47,648 nt of DNA from Candidatus Heimdallarchaeota archaeon (GTDB lineage Archaea > Asgardarchaeota > Heimdallarchaeia > JABLTI01), in assembly GCA_019056785.1 (NCBI GenBank), contig DXJV01000065.1, forward strand, positions 1-47,648, read 5' to 3'. Made by a program: the position numbers and the translations under genes. Of the stretch, positions 38,890 through 47,648 are shown piece after piece. Under the pieces are notes generated by a model that saw nothing but the letters and a program-made list of their open reading frames with translations, did no database searches and was not told the DNA's origin. Each line of letters opens with the position of its first letter. The first letter of the stretch is position 1.

Positions 38890-39975
38890 ATGCAAGGACC
38901 TCGAGAGAAACAAAACAGCAAAAAGAAAAAAATCGTTGGCATCCCTCGAGGATTGATCTTCTACCACTATCCAGAGCTTTTTAAAACGTTTTTCGAACAG
39001 TTAGGAGCGAAAGTTGTTCTTTCAAAACCGAGCACGCAGAAGCTCTTGCGGAATGGCTTGAAGGTTTCCTCCGACGAAGAATGCTTTTCTTGTAAGGTTT
39101 TTTATGGACATATTATCGACTTGAAAAACCAGGTTGACTTTCTTTTTTTGCCCCAATTTCATGGCAATCACAAATTTCTCGTTAAATGCCCCAAATTTAT
39201 TGGTTTACCGGATGTCATTAGAGCCATTTTTACGGATCTTCCAGAAATTATTGGAGGGTATCATTCCAGGACAAAGAAGCATCACCACATTCCACATTTA
39301 TTCTGGCTCTTCTTTAAAGCAGGATGGAAAATTACGAAAAACCCCTTCAAAATCCTGATGGCTATCGCAAAAGCTCGTAAAAAACACCAACAATTTAAGC
39401 AGAAACAAATTTGGTCTCGAGAAAAACTCGAAGCATGGGAAAACAAAGCCTTTTCAGGGGACGGCCCAGAAAAAGTAAAAGTTGCTTTGCTTGGTCATTC
39501 GTATGTTATAAATGACCCTGTTCTTTCTTTCAATACATTAAAGAAACTCCGAGAAATGGATGTCGAAGTTGTCTCTTCAGAACAAATCCCTGAAGAGATT
39601 ATCAACGAACAGATGAAGAAATTGCATAGCACTCTTTATTTTGAGGAAGAACGAAAAATTGTAGGTACGGCATTATACTTTTTGGAAAGTGGCACAATTG
39701 ATGGGCTCTTGCAACTTATCCCCTTTCCTTGTGGGCCATCTGCCATCTCAAGTGAAATTGTTTTACACCACGCAAAAAAAAGGCCTGAATTTCCTGTTAT
39801 TCAACTCGTCGTTGATGATAATACCGGCGAGGCAGGCTTCTTGACAAGATTGGAAGCTTTTGTTATGACTATGAAACGTAAGAAATTCTTGAAATTTAAA
39901 AAAGGCTTGAGCACAGAACAGCTAACTTTACTCGCAAGTAAAACGAGTGAAGAATCAGCTGTCAAAGCACAATAA
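38890..39975 (+). CDS. Acyl-CoA dehydratase activase-related protein (DUF2229)
   Basis: VGIPRGL, ECFSCKVFYGH, CPKFIGLPD, LLGHSY, PFPCGP and AGFLTRLEAF motifs. Confidence 0.85.
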   Translation: MQGPREKQNSKKKKIVGIPRGLIFYHYPELFKTFFEQLGAKVVLSKPSTQKLLRNGLKVSSDEECFSCKVFYGHIIDLKNQVDFLFLPQFHGNHKFLVKCPKFIGLPDVIRAIFTDLPEIIGGYHSRTKKHHHIPHLFWLFFKAGWKITKNPFKILMAIAKARKKHQQFKQKQIWSREKLEAWENKAFSGDGPEKVKVALLGHSYVINDPVLSFNTLKKLREMDVEVVSSEQIPEEIINEQMKKLHSTLYFEEERKIVGTALYFLESGTIDGLLQLIPFPCGPSAISSEIVLHHAKKRPEFPVIQLVVDDNTGEAGFLTRLEAFVMTMKRKKFLKFKKGLSTEQLTLLASKTSEESAVKAQ

Positions 39976-40012
39976 CCACTAAGAAAAAAAGCAATAGTTG
40001 AGGAGTGAAAAA

Positions 40013-41107
40013 ATGATCACCTACCCCCCATTTGGTCCTTCCGGGTATGTTTTTCTTGCAGGGTTAAAAGATATTGGTCGAGAAGATGTGCTTCACTTAT
40101 CACGACCGACGAAAAAGATGATTGCTCTTGGTGTTGCCCACAGCCCAGAAACAATTTGCACACCTTTGAAATATTGCGTTGGGGCTCTTGCGACAGGAGT
40201 GGAAATGGGGGCAACTGAAATTGCTTTCCCCTCTGGAATGGGAACATGCAGATTTAGTATGTACTATGAGCTCATTCGTCTGATTTTTGAAGACATGGGT
40301 TATGATGACATTGTCTTCCACACATTTGATTATCATCTTCCAATTGATCTTTTGAAACTCTTTAAAAACTTGAGTAAAAACAAATCGTATGCCGAAGTAG
40401 TAGCTGCCCTTCTGAGAGGAGGAATTCGCAACCGCTTGTTAGACCAAGTTGATGAGCAATTGAATTTCTATCGCGCTTTTGAAGTTGAAAAAGGGCGGAC
40501 AGAAGAAGTGGCAGAGGAATTTTATCAAGAAATTATAAACACCAGACGCTTTCAGGCGCTTTCACGTCTAAAGAAGAAAATCCCGAAAAAATTTCAAGAA
40601 ATAGAAGTTGATCTGCCTTCTGAGATTGTCCGTGTTGTTGTCGTTGGAGAGATTTATGCTGTCCTAGAACCTGGTATGAATCAAGATTTAAACAAGAGAA
40701 TAAATGAATTAAATGTTGCCGTAAAAACCGGTGTCACCCTCCGGAAATATACCGATATCGGGGCAAAAATCAATCCTTTCATAAAAGATCCTGTGAAAGA
40801 AGGTGCGAGAGCAGCTAAAAAGTATCTCCCTTATTACTGCGGTGGTGATGCACAACAAACGATTGGCGACCTCATCCTTTACAAGAAAAAAGGCTATGAT
40901 GGATTGATACAATTATATCCCTTTACATGTATGCCGGAGTTAATCGCGAAAGACATTCTCCCGAAAGTTTCGCAAGAATTTGATATGCCTAAATATTCCC
41001 TGGTTTTCGATGAAAAAGCAGAGGGGGCAGCAATCCAGACGCGACTGGAAGCTTTTATTAACATGCTAAAACGAAAAAGAATGGCAAAGAGCAAGGAGAA
41101 TAACTAA
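40013..41107 (+). CDS. 2-hydroxyacyl-CoA dehydratase-like subunit (CoA activase-associated)
   Basis: SPETICTPLK, GTCRFSMY, VVGEIY, PFTCMPE and DE...TRLEAF motifs. Confidence 0.85.
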   Translation: MITYPPFGPSGYVFLAGLKDIGREDVLHLSRPTKKMIALGVAHSPETICTPLKYCVGALATGVEMGATEIAFPSGMGTCRFSMYYELIRLIFEDMGYDDIVFHTFDYHLPIDLLKLFKNLSKNKSYAEVVAALLRGGIRNRLLDQVDEQLNFYRAFEVEKGRTEEVAEEFYQEIINTRRFQALSRLKKKIPKKFQEIEVDLPSEIVRVVVVGEIYAVLEPGMNQDLNKRINELNVAVKTGVTLRKYTDIGAKINPFIKDPVKEGARAAKKYLPYYCGGDAQQTIGDLILYKKKGYDGLIQLYPFTCMPELIAKDILPKVSQEFDMPKYSLVFDEKAEGAAIQTRLEAFINMLKRKRMAKSKENN

Positions 41108-42106
41108 ATGACAGAGCAGTACTATTTAGGAATCGACATTGGGTCAATCACAGGAAAAGTGGCAATTATCAACCAAGACCATCAATTAATCGACAGGGTA
41201 TATTTACGAACAGAAGGACAACCAATTGTTTGTATTAAAAAAGCCTTGAAAGAAATCTTGGATCGACAAGGGGCACTTCCCATTGCAGGTGCAGCAACAA
41301 CGGGCTCTGGGAGAAAACTCATTCAAACAATTGTCGGGGCAGATATTGCTAGAGATGAAATCACTGCTCATGCTGTTGCCGCTATAGACTATTGCCCCGA
41401 AGTTCAAACAGTGATAGATATTGGCGGACAAGATAGCAAACTTATCTTGATACGCAATCAATTAGTTGTTGACTTTGCTATGAATAGTATTTGTGCTGCA
41501 GGAACCGGGTCATTTCTCGATAAGCTCGGAGATCAGCTTGGTGTAACAATTGATGAGTTTGGCAGCTGCGCGATTTGCTCGAGTAAACCAGCATCTATTT
41601 CTGGTCGATGCACTGTTTTTGCTGAGTCAGACATCATTACTAAGAAGAATTATGGCTATAAGAAAGAAGATATTTTAATGGGGCTCTGTTATCGCTTAGT
41701 GGAAAACTATAAAACAAATCTCGGTCGAGGGAAGAAAATTAAAAGTCCAATCCTATTTCAGGGTGGTGTTGCTAAAAATCAAGGAATTGTAAAAGCATTT
41801 TCTGAAATACTGGCTGAAGAATTGAATGGCGATCAATTGATTATTCCTGAAAATCACGATGTTATGGGGGCAATAGGCGCAGCAATCCTCGCACAAGAAG
41901 AAATGGAACTTCGACAAGTCCAAACAAAACGATTCACTTCTTCTTTTCTGGGCTGGGAAATTCCCAACATAGACTACCAGACCAGCAGCTTTCAATGCGA
42001 CCATTGTGAGAATCTATGTGAAATCTTGGAGATTATTCGAGAAGGGGAGGTTATTGGCCGCTGGGGTGGAAAATGCTCTCGCTGGGATATAAAACAAGAA
42101 CGATAA
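41108..42106 (+). CDS. Acyl-CoA dehydratase activase (HgdC/BadF-BadG-BcrA-BcrD ASKHA ATPase)
   Basis: GIDIGS, TGSGR, EITAH, DIGGQDSK, MNSICAAGTGSFL, RCTVF, QGGVA and C-terminal CxxCxxxC motifs; TAA-ATG coupling to the upstream gene. Confidence 0.92.
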   Translation: MTEQYYLGIDIGSITGKVAIINQDHQLIDRVYLRTEGQPIVCIKKALKEILDRQGALPIAGAATTGSGRKLIQTIVGADIARDEITAHAVAAIDYCPEVQTVIDIGGQDSKLILIRNQLVVDFAMNSICAAGTGSFLDKLGDQLGVTIDEFGSCAICSSKPASISGRCTVFAESDIITKKNYGYKKEDILMGLCYRLVENYKTNLGRGKKIKSPILFQGGVAKNQGIVKAFSEILAEELNGDQLIIPENHDVMGAIGAAILAQEEMELRQVQTKRFTSSFLGWEIPNIDYQTSSFQCDHCENLCEILEIIREGEVIGRWGGKCSRWDIKQER

Positions 42107-42245
42107 TGGAAGATGCTACGATTACACATCAAATTACAAAATTTCCGAGAGCGGTTATATGAGTGAGATTTATTGAGAGAAAAGCTAATAAAAGGGTAAA
42201 AGGATTTTCGTTCAAATCTAGAGGATTTAACAAGAGGAAAAAACA

Positions 42246-42566
42246 ATGCCCTTTATCGATTTAAATACTATTCAAGAAAAAGAAGTTGTCCCAGGTTTTC
42301 ATGGAAAATTCATCTAAACAAAAAATAATGCGATTGTTTATTGGAAAATTGACGCCGGAAGCACACTTCCAGAACACCACCGCCCCCATGAACAAACAGT
42401 TAATCTACTATCGGGGGATTTTGAATTTACACTTGATGGTAAAACGAGAAAAATCCAGCCTGGAACCGCTGTTGTTGTCCCTTCTATTGCCCCATATTCT
42501 GGAACTGCAATTAGCGACTGCTTTATTATTGATATCTTCTATCCCCTACGTGAGGAGTACCGATAA
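42246..42566 (+). pseudogene. Cupin domain pseudogene
   Basis: MPFIDLNTIQEKEVVPGFHGKFI*TKNNAIVYWKIDAGSTLPEHHRPHEQ...VPSIAPYSG...IDIFYPLREEYR*; in-frame TAA at 42315-42317; GAGG SD. Confidence 0.8.
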
Positions 42567-42585
42567 CAGGAAGACGAGTGGTTTC

Positions 42586-43746
42586 TCACTCTCCCGGGAA
42601 GATGCCTGAATCCTCAGTTACTTCTTGTTGAAGCATTTTAAAAGCATAGGCTGAAGTTGAAAAGGTTGTAGCCTTTAATGACTTTGCAATAGTTGCAAGT
42701 TCCTCATCGAAAATTCTCACAAATACTTGAATATGAGGGTATTTATCTCCAATAGCATTTGTCAAAAGAATGGCATCTGAAAAGGTTTCTTCAGAATTCC
42801 AGCAAATGTATATTTGTGAGGTTTTCATGAGATTGCAATAATTCTCGAGGCTGCTTAAGAAAAGCACCTCTTCATTAAAAACATGTACTTTTTTTCGCCG
42901 CCGGTAGCGCGCTTTGTTTGCTTCAGGGTCCAGTAAGTAGATCTCTGCTTTTAGCTCCCGAGCATAATAATCGACAATACGATTTACAATAGAATCGTTT
43001 CCAAGAACAATGACCTCATCACCTGGTTTGTAATCCTGGCTCCATTTTTTCACGGATTCCAACGCCCATTTTGATGTTGAAAAAGTAAAAGCATTCCAAG
43101 GCTCTTTAGTAAGAAAGTCACGAAAATGCTCGTTAAAAACACGCATATAAAGCGCACAATCCTTATTCAAACGGCGGACATGCTCGGCAGCGATGAGAGC
43201 CCGACGCAAGTCATTTGTGACACAAAAAACTTCCTTACATTTGTGGACATTTGCAAGCTGCATAACCTCAATGTCGGTATAATCCCCAACAATTACCGGT
43301 TGATTAAAATTGATCAATTCTTCCACTTTTTCTTTCTTAATTTCCACGAGAGTATAAGGATGTTTGTATTGACGTAAATAGTCAACAATACGTTCACCTA
43401 AGTGGTTATAACCTAAAATAACCGTATGATTAGTCTTCCGAGAAGCAAGCCGACGAGCAGCCATCATTGGGTTGTAACCATAAAATTCTTGGAGAGTTGT
43501 AAGAATGAATGTCAAAACTAATAATTCGAATAGAAGCGGCCAAAGAAACTGATAAAAATTATAAAAGAGATGGTCTGAGGTTTTCAGGCAGATTGATATT
43601 AGGAGTATTTCTTTGAAGGTTTTATTAGGTTCAATAATTGAAAAGATAACTATGCCAAAAATCCAAAAGAGTATGAAAAGGGAAAAAGGTAAAAGGAAAC
43701 GCCGCAATTGATTTTTAAGCGTTAAAAGCTTCTTTTGGTAAGGCAT
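42586..43746 (-). CDS. Two-TM protein with tandem TrkA-N/RCK domains (potassium channel-like)
   Basis: NHTVILGYNHLGERI, IVGD and a second VIVLGND RCK domain; no GYG filter. Confidence 0.8.
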   Translation of the reverse strand: MPYQKKLLTLKNQLRRFLLPFSLFILFWIFGIVIFSIIEPNKTFKEILLISICLKTSDHLFYNFYQFLWPLLFELLVLTFILTTLQEFYGYNPMMAARRLASRKTNHTVILGYNHLGERIVDYLRQYKHPYTLVEIKKEKVEELINFNQPVIVGDYTDIEVMQLANVHKCKEVFCVTNDLRRALIAAEHVRRLNKDCALYMRVFNEHFRDFLTKEPWNAFTFSTSKWALESVKKWSQDYKPGDEVIVLGNDSIVNRIVDYYARELKAEIYLLDPEANKARYRRRKKVHVFNEEVLFLSSLENYCNLMKTSQIYICWNSEETFSDAILLTNAIGDKYPHIQVFVRIFDEELATIAKSLKATTFSTSAYAFKMLQQEVTEDSGIFPGE

Positions 43747-43865
43747 AAATCAAAATTTGCTAGAGAGTAATTAAATTTTTTCACACGAAAAAATGACGAA
43801 AGACAAATATTTAATTTAACAACCTTAATTAAGTAAAAAGTTATTTCCAAACTGGGGCGAAAAAT

Positions 43866-44342
43866 ATGAAGATATGGATCTTACATGATAGCCATTATGG
43901 TAATGGCGAGAAATTGGCAGAACAACTAGCAGATATCTTTAAGAAAATGGCATTCGAAGTAAAAATTGGAAATGTTAAATTTGTAAAGCCAGCTCAAGTT
44001 GCCAAAGAAGCTCCTGAAGGATTAGTTGTTGGAGCAGCTTTAAGAATGTTCATGGCGAGTCCGGCGTCAAAACGATGGTTACGAAAATTTAATCGCGAAC
44101 AGAAAAAACGGCAGCAAGCAGTGAATTTTGGTTGTTGTTTTCTAACTCATGTATGGAAGAGAGAGCGATGTACCCTACAAGGAAAACGACTTGTGAAAGC
44201 ACTGCAAAAGACTACAACCATCAAAAAAGTTTTCCCAGAATGGTTATCTGGCCGCGTCGAAACAGCAGAAGGTCCACTAACAAAAGAAACAATCAAATCT
44301 ATTCAAGAATTCGGTGAAAGAATTCTCTCATGGATAAAATAA
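43866..44342 (+). CDS. Flavodoxin-like protein
   Basis: MKIWILHDSHYGNGEKLAEQL, LVVGA, EGPL and FGERI motifs. Confidence 0.8.
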   Translation: MKIWILHDSHYGNGEKLAEQLADIFKKMAFEVKIGNVKFVKPAQVAKEAPEGLVVGAALRMFMASPASKRWLRKFNREQKKRQQAVNFGCCFLTHVWKRERCTLQGKRLVKALQKTTTIKKVFPEWLSGRVETAEGPLTKETIKSIQEFGERILSWIK

Positions 44343-45316
44343 CTAATTTTACTAGGTTTAAAAAAACATTGAATGCAAAAAATACGCGAGTGAAAGTAGC
44401 AGTCATTCAAGACGCTGCTAAATTAATGGATAAAAAGGCTTGCCTTCAAAAAGTGGCAGAATTAACGAAACAAGCAGCTGAAAAAGGTGCAAAGCTTGTC
44501 CTTTTTCCTGAAGCATTCATCCCCGGTTATCCAAGGGGGCTAACTTTTGGGACAAAAATTGGCAGCCGTTCTGAAGAAGGGAAGAAGGATTTTGCGCGTT
44601 ATTGGGAAAATGCTATCGAGCTGCCAGGGACAGATGGTGACGCTCTCGAGAAAATTGCTAAAAAGAATGTAGTTTATCTTATTATCGGTGTGATCGAACG
44701 CAAAGCAGGTTTCCGCGGAGGAACGCTTTACTGCACAATACTTTATTATTCTCCCACCGGAGAATTACTAGGCAAGCATCGAAAATTAAAACCAACCGGC
44801 TCAGAACGACTGATTTGGGGGGAAGGAGATGGCAGTACGCTAACAGTAGTTGAAACGCCTTTTGGAAAGTTAGGCGGCTTGATTTGTTGGGAGAATTACA
44901 TGCCACTTGCTCGTATGGCAATTTATTCTCGAGGGGTTGATATCTATGTTGCACCAACGGCTGATGCAAGAGAGAGTTGGCAAGCAACAATTAGACATAT
45001 TGCCTTAGAGGGGCGATGCTTTGTTCTGTCCTGCAATCAATTTGTTACGAAAAAGGACTATCCCAAGGATTTAGCTTGTTCACAAGAGCTTGCAAAAGAA
45101 TCGGAGGTCCTGTGTAGAGGTGGAAGTGCAATTATTGACCCCAATGGTAATTATTTAGCAGGGCCTTTGTTCGACAAGGCGGGTATTTTATTTGCAGAAT
45201 TGGATATCTCACTTATAGCAAAAAGCCGATATGACTTTGATGTTGTTGGACATTATGCACGTTGGGATGTATTTGAATTCAAAATTAAAAATAATTCAGG
45301 AAAAGAACGATTTTAA
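44330..45316 (+). CDS. Nitrilase (carbon-nitrogen hydrolase, branch 1)
   Basis: Catalytic triad FPEAFIPGYP, HRKLKPT and LICWENYMPLAR; FDVVGHYAR. True start may be TTG 44370. Confidence 0.92.
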   Translation: MDKITNFTRFKKTLNAKNTRVKVAVIQDAAKLMDKKACLQKVAELTKQAAEKGAKLVLFPEAFIPGYPRGLTFGTKIGSRSEEGKKDFARYWENAIELPGTDGDALEKIAKKNVVYLIIGVIERKAGFRGGTLYCTILYYSPTGELLGKHRKLKPTGSERLIWGEGDGSTLTVVETPFGKLGGLICWENYMPLARMAIYSRGVDIYVAPTADARESWQATIRHIALEGRCFVLSCNQFVTKKDYPKDLACSQELAKESEVLCRGGSAIIDPNGNYLAGPLFDKAGILFAELDISLIAKSRYDFDVVGHYARWDVFEFKIKNNSGKERF

Positions 45317-45404
45317 AGGTGTCTATTAAAATAACAAAAAAAGAAAAAGCAAAAAAAGGCTTTTTATTCAAACCTACAGTAGATAAAAACAAGCTGTGTC
45401 TTTA

Positions 45405-46181
45405 TTATTTAATTTTCACAATGGGACAGTCTTCAATTGTAAGATATGCTTTGCAAACGGGGCAGCTACTGTTACTGTTTTGAATAAGCCATTTTTCAAG
45501 GTCCTCTTTTGTAGCCATATTGCCACAATAGGGGCAAGCAACGATTTCATCTAAAGAAAAGTCGAGCGGTAAGCCTGAAACCATGTTTTTAGCTTTTAAG
45601 GGGGGTTTGTCGAGAAAGTAAACTTTCGTTATTGGTATGCTCGCTCTTAACCCTTGTGCTGGTAACGATGTATCCGGCATCTTGTTGTAATAATTCTCTA
45701 ATTGTTCAAGAGTATAATTATTTGCTTCAGCAATATTTCGCAAAGCTTCGGTTAAAATAAGACCAATATTTATTTGCTGTAAACTCTCCCCATTTCCAAT
45801 GGTTATGACACTTTTGAGGGTTTTACGATATTCGTGAATTGTTCTCCCTGCTTCGATGGATCGCAGATCTTGCAAGGCTGCAACGCTTAATGGTATCTTG
45901 TTCATCTCGTATGTGCTACTGGGTGGATCAATTAAGTTTTTAATAAGCTCTTTGGCATTTTCCTCATCACGAAGAGCCTGGATTTCTAAATAAGCTTTCT
46001 TTACCGGGCGAATACTCATAAAATATATAACTAATGGCAATAACCCAGCAGAAAGAATTCCGCTAAAAATTAAAAAAGGCCTTACTCCTTTTATTTGTTC
46101 AGCCCATTTTTTCTCGAGATTTCTCCCTTGTTTTGGGTGGCTAGGAGCTAATTCTCTATTTGTAAAATCATTTTCTGGCAT
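45405..46181 (-). CDS. Membrane-anchored protein with C-terminal degenerate RING/U-box-like domain
   Basis: One TM near the N-terminus; MVSGLPL...CPYCG...LEKWL....CPVCK..L. Confidence 0.7.
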   Translation of the reverse strand: MPENDFTNRELAPSHPKQGRNLEKKWAEQIKGVRPFLIFSGILSAGLLPLVIYFMSIRPVKKAYLEIQALRDEENAKELIKNLIDPPSSTYEMNKIPLSVAALQDLRSIEAGRTIHEYRKTLKSVITIGNGESLQQINIGLILTEALRNIAEANNYTLEQLENYYNKMPDTSLPAQGLRASIPITKVYFLDKPPLKAKNMVSGLPLDFSLDEIVACPYCGNMATKEDLEKWLIQNSNSSCPVCKAYLTIEDCPIVKIK

Positions 46182-46512
46182 AATTTAAACCCAAATTCGT
46201 TCTTTTTCAATGAAAGGTGTTGACTACTAATAATTTGATAATATGGGATATTTCCTTGAATCATTATTTAAAACTTTTCAAATCAGAGGTTCCTACAATG
46301 AAATTTGAAACTATGAATATTTGCCATGACCATATTGAAACGTTAATGCGTGTTCTACAATATATTGAGATAATAATTTGAGGGGTTATGGTTACGACCA
46401 TCTTAGCGAGTCATGTTTTTTTTGGTAATCTATTGAGACTTAAAAAAGAATATGAATTATCTATGCTAAGGTTAATGTAGGATAAGAACTTATTAGTAAT
46501 TGATTTTGTGTA

Positions 46513-47466
46513 GTGAAATTGCATATGCCCTATTCATTCAAATTTGTTTATGGCCCCGTCCCATCGAGACGGCTGGGAGAGTCTTTAGGGGTGAGCCCCA
46601 TCCCCAATAAGACTTGTAATTATTCTTGTGTGTACTGCCAGTTAGGGAGAACAACGCATTTTATAAATGAACGCAGAGATTTTTACCCAAAGGAAGACAT
46701 TTTTGCAGAAATAAAAGAAGCAGTCTCCTCTACAGAGAAGATTGACTATATAACCTTTGTTGGAGAAGGCGAACCGACGCTTTATAAAAGTCTGGGGTGG
46801 TTAATAGCTGAAACAAAGAAACTTACGACTATACCTATTGCTGTTATTACAAACGGTTCGTTACTTTACTTGCCGGAAGTTCGCAAAGATCTTCTCAAAG
46901 CGGATGTTGTATTACCAACTTTAGATGCTGTTGATCAAGCACTTTTCCGCAAAGTGAATCGCCCTCGTAGAGAACTCGTCATTGATAAAATTATCCAGGG
47001 AATGATGGACTTTCGAGCTGAATATTCTGGCGAAATTTGGATGGAGGTAATGCTCGTAAAAGGCCTTAACGATTCTGAAGAAACCATTCAGGAATTAAAA
47101 ACTGTCCTTGATAAACTCCGGTCAGAGAGAGTGTATGTTAATGTTCCTATCCGCCCCCCAGCTGAGAAGTGGGTGGAAATCCCTGACAAAGAAGTGGTGC
47201 TCCGGATCTGCAAGACATTAGGCGCAACAAATCTTGCTTTCTATGAATCGACTACTGGCTTTACTATTCAAAGCCAGGAGGAAATTGAGGAAGAAATCTT
47301 AAAAATAACTACTCGGCACCCCTTACGAGAGGATCAAATTTTGCATCTAACTGCTATGCCCACTGAAAAAATTCGCAAACTCCTCGAGACAATGGTGAAG
47401 CAAGAAAAACTTAAGAAAATGCTTTACAATAAGCAAGTTTTTTACGAGAATGCAAAAAGAAAATAG
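46513..47466 (+). CDS. Radical SAM protein (COG0731-like)
   Basis: VYGPVPSRRLGESLG, CNYSCVYC, GEGEPTL and ITNGSLL motifs. Confidence 0.9.
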   Translation: MKLHMPYSFKFVYGPVPSRRLGESLGVSPIPNKTCNYSCVYCQLGRTTHFINERRDFYPKEDIFAEIKEAVSSTEKIDYITFVGEGEPTLYKSLGWLIAETKKLTTIPIAVITNGSLLYLPEVRKDLLKADVVLPTLDAVDQALFRKVNRPRRELVIDKIIQGMMDFRAEYSGEIWMEVMLVKGLNDSEETIQELKTVLDKLRSERVYVNVPIRPPAEKWVEIPDKEVVLRICKTLGATNLAFYESTTGFTIQSQEEIEEEILKITTRHPLREDQILHLTAMPTEKIRKLLETMVKQEKLKKMLYNKQVFYENAKRK

Positions 47467-47484
47467 AAGGAAGTACTTTTTCCT

Positions 47485-47648
47485 TCAAAGTTGAATGGTA
47501 GCAGTAACAGGCATATGATCCGACGAATGAGCATCACGTATTACCCGGCAGTCAGTTAAAACCATTGATGGTGAAACAAAGATGAAATCGATATGTGTAT
47601 AGGGATTTCTCCAATTAAATGTGGAGCCATTATAACCTGTATCATCGA
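47485..47648 (-). CDS. Endonuclease/exonuclease/phosphatase family protein, C-terminal fragment (partial)
   Basis: Manual translation ...GSTFNWRNPYTHIDFIFVS...SSDHMPVTATIQL*. Confidence 0.85.
   Translation of the reverse strand, partial: DDTGYNGSTFNWRNPYTHIDFIFVSPSMVLTDCRVIRDAHSSDHMPVTATIQL

Noticed and set aside
42315-42317. Stop-codon recoding (Sec/Pyl) at in-frame stops here and at 32789-32791
   Set aside because: Both are TAA, not TGA or TAG; TAA terminates many intact genes in the window; other decay accompanies both
42286-42609. 107-aa ORF from the track
   Set aside because: Alternative frame of the cupin pseudogene
46200-46510. TATTGA(A/G)A repeats and short ORFs in the divergent intergenic region
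   Set aside because: Short, irregularly spaced and expected by chance in AT-rich DNA
1-47648. Mobile element or defence island next to the tRNA
   Set aside because: No integrase, transposase, terminal repeats, tRNA-end duplication or recognisable defence genes seen

Overview
AT-rich archaeal chromosomal region, most likely an Asgard (Heimdallarchaeia-like) archaeon. Archaeal origin is supported by RNA polymerase subunit N (rpoN/Rpo10), an intron-containing tRNA-Trp, GGTGA/GGAGG Shine-Dalgarno sites and oligo-T terminators. The Asgard assignment is my inference from membrane proteins with zinc-ribbon/RING tails and a tandem Lrp-like regulator. About 45 genes are present: FetAB-type ABC pair, GH57, three HGSNAT-like membrane acyltransferases, DUF89 phosphatase, class II aldolase, AlkA, FG-GAP/TSP3 surface protein, TrpB2, MFS, LURP/scramblase, a three-gene CoA-activase/dehydratase set, nitrilase and a radical SAM enzyme. 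I saw no transposase, CRISPR array or rRNA. The ORF track misses or mis-splits several features: the 5' exon of tRNA-Trp (56-93), a 57-aa CxxC-x17-CxxC zinc-ribbon gene, three genes broken at homopolymer runs, two decayed pseudogenes and a partial EEP hydrolase. The best candidates for new biology are (1) a switch-like structured leader plus a Trp-codon uORF upstream of trpB2, (2) a cassette of small secreted peptide, FtsX-type permease, NBD-AbrB-NBD ATPase and divergent tandem-Lrp regulator, (3) a secreted protein with two amphipathic beta-hairpins like a beta-pore-forming toxin, and (4) a HEAT-repeat protein with a histone-H1-like tail.
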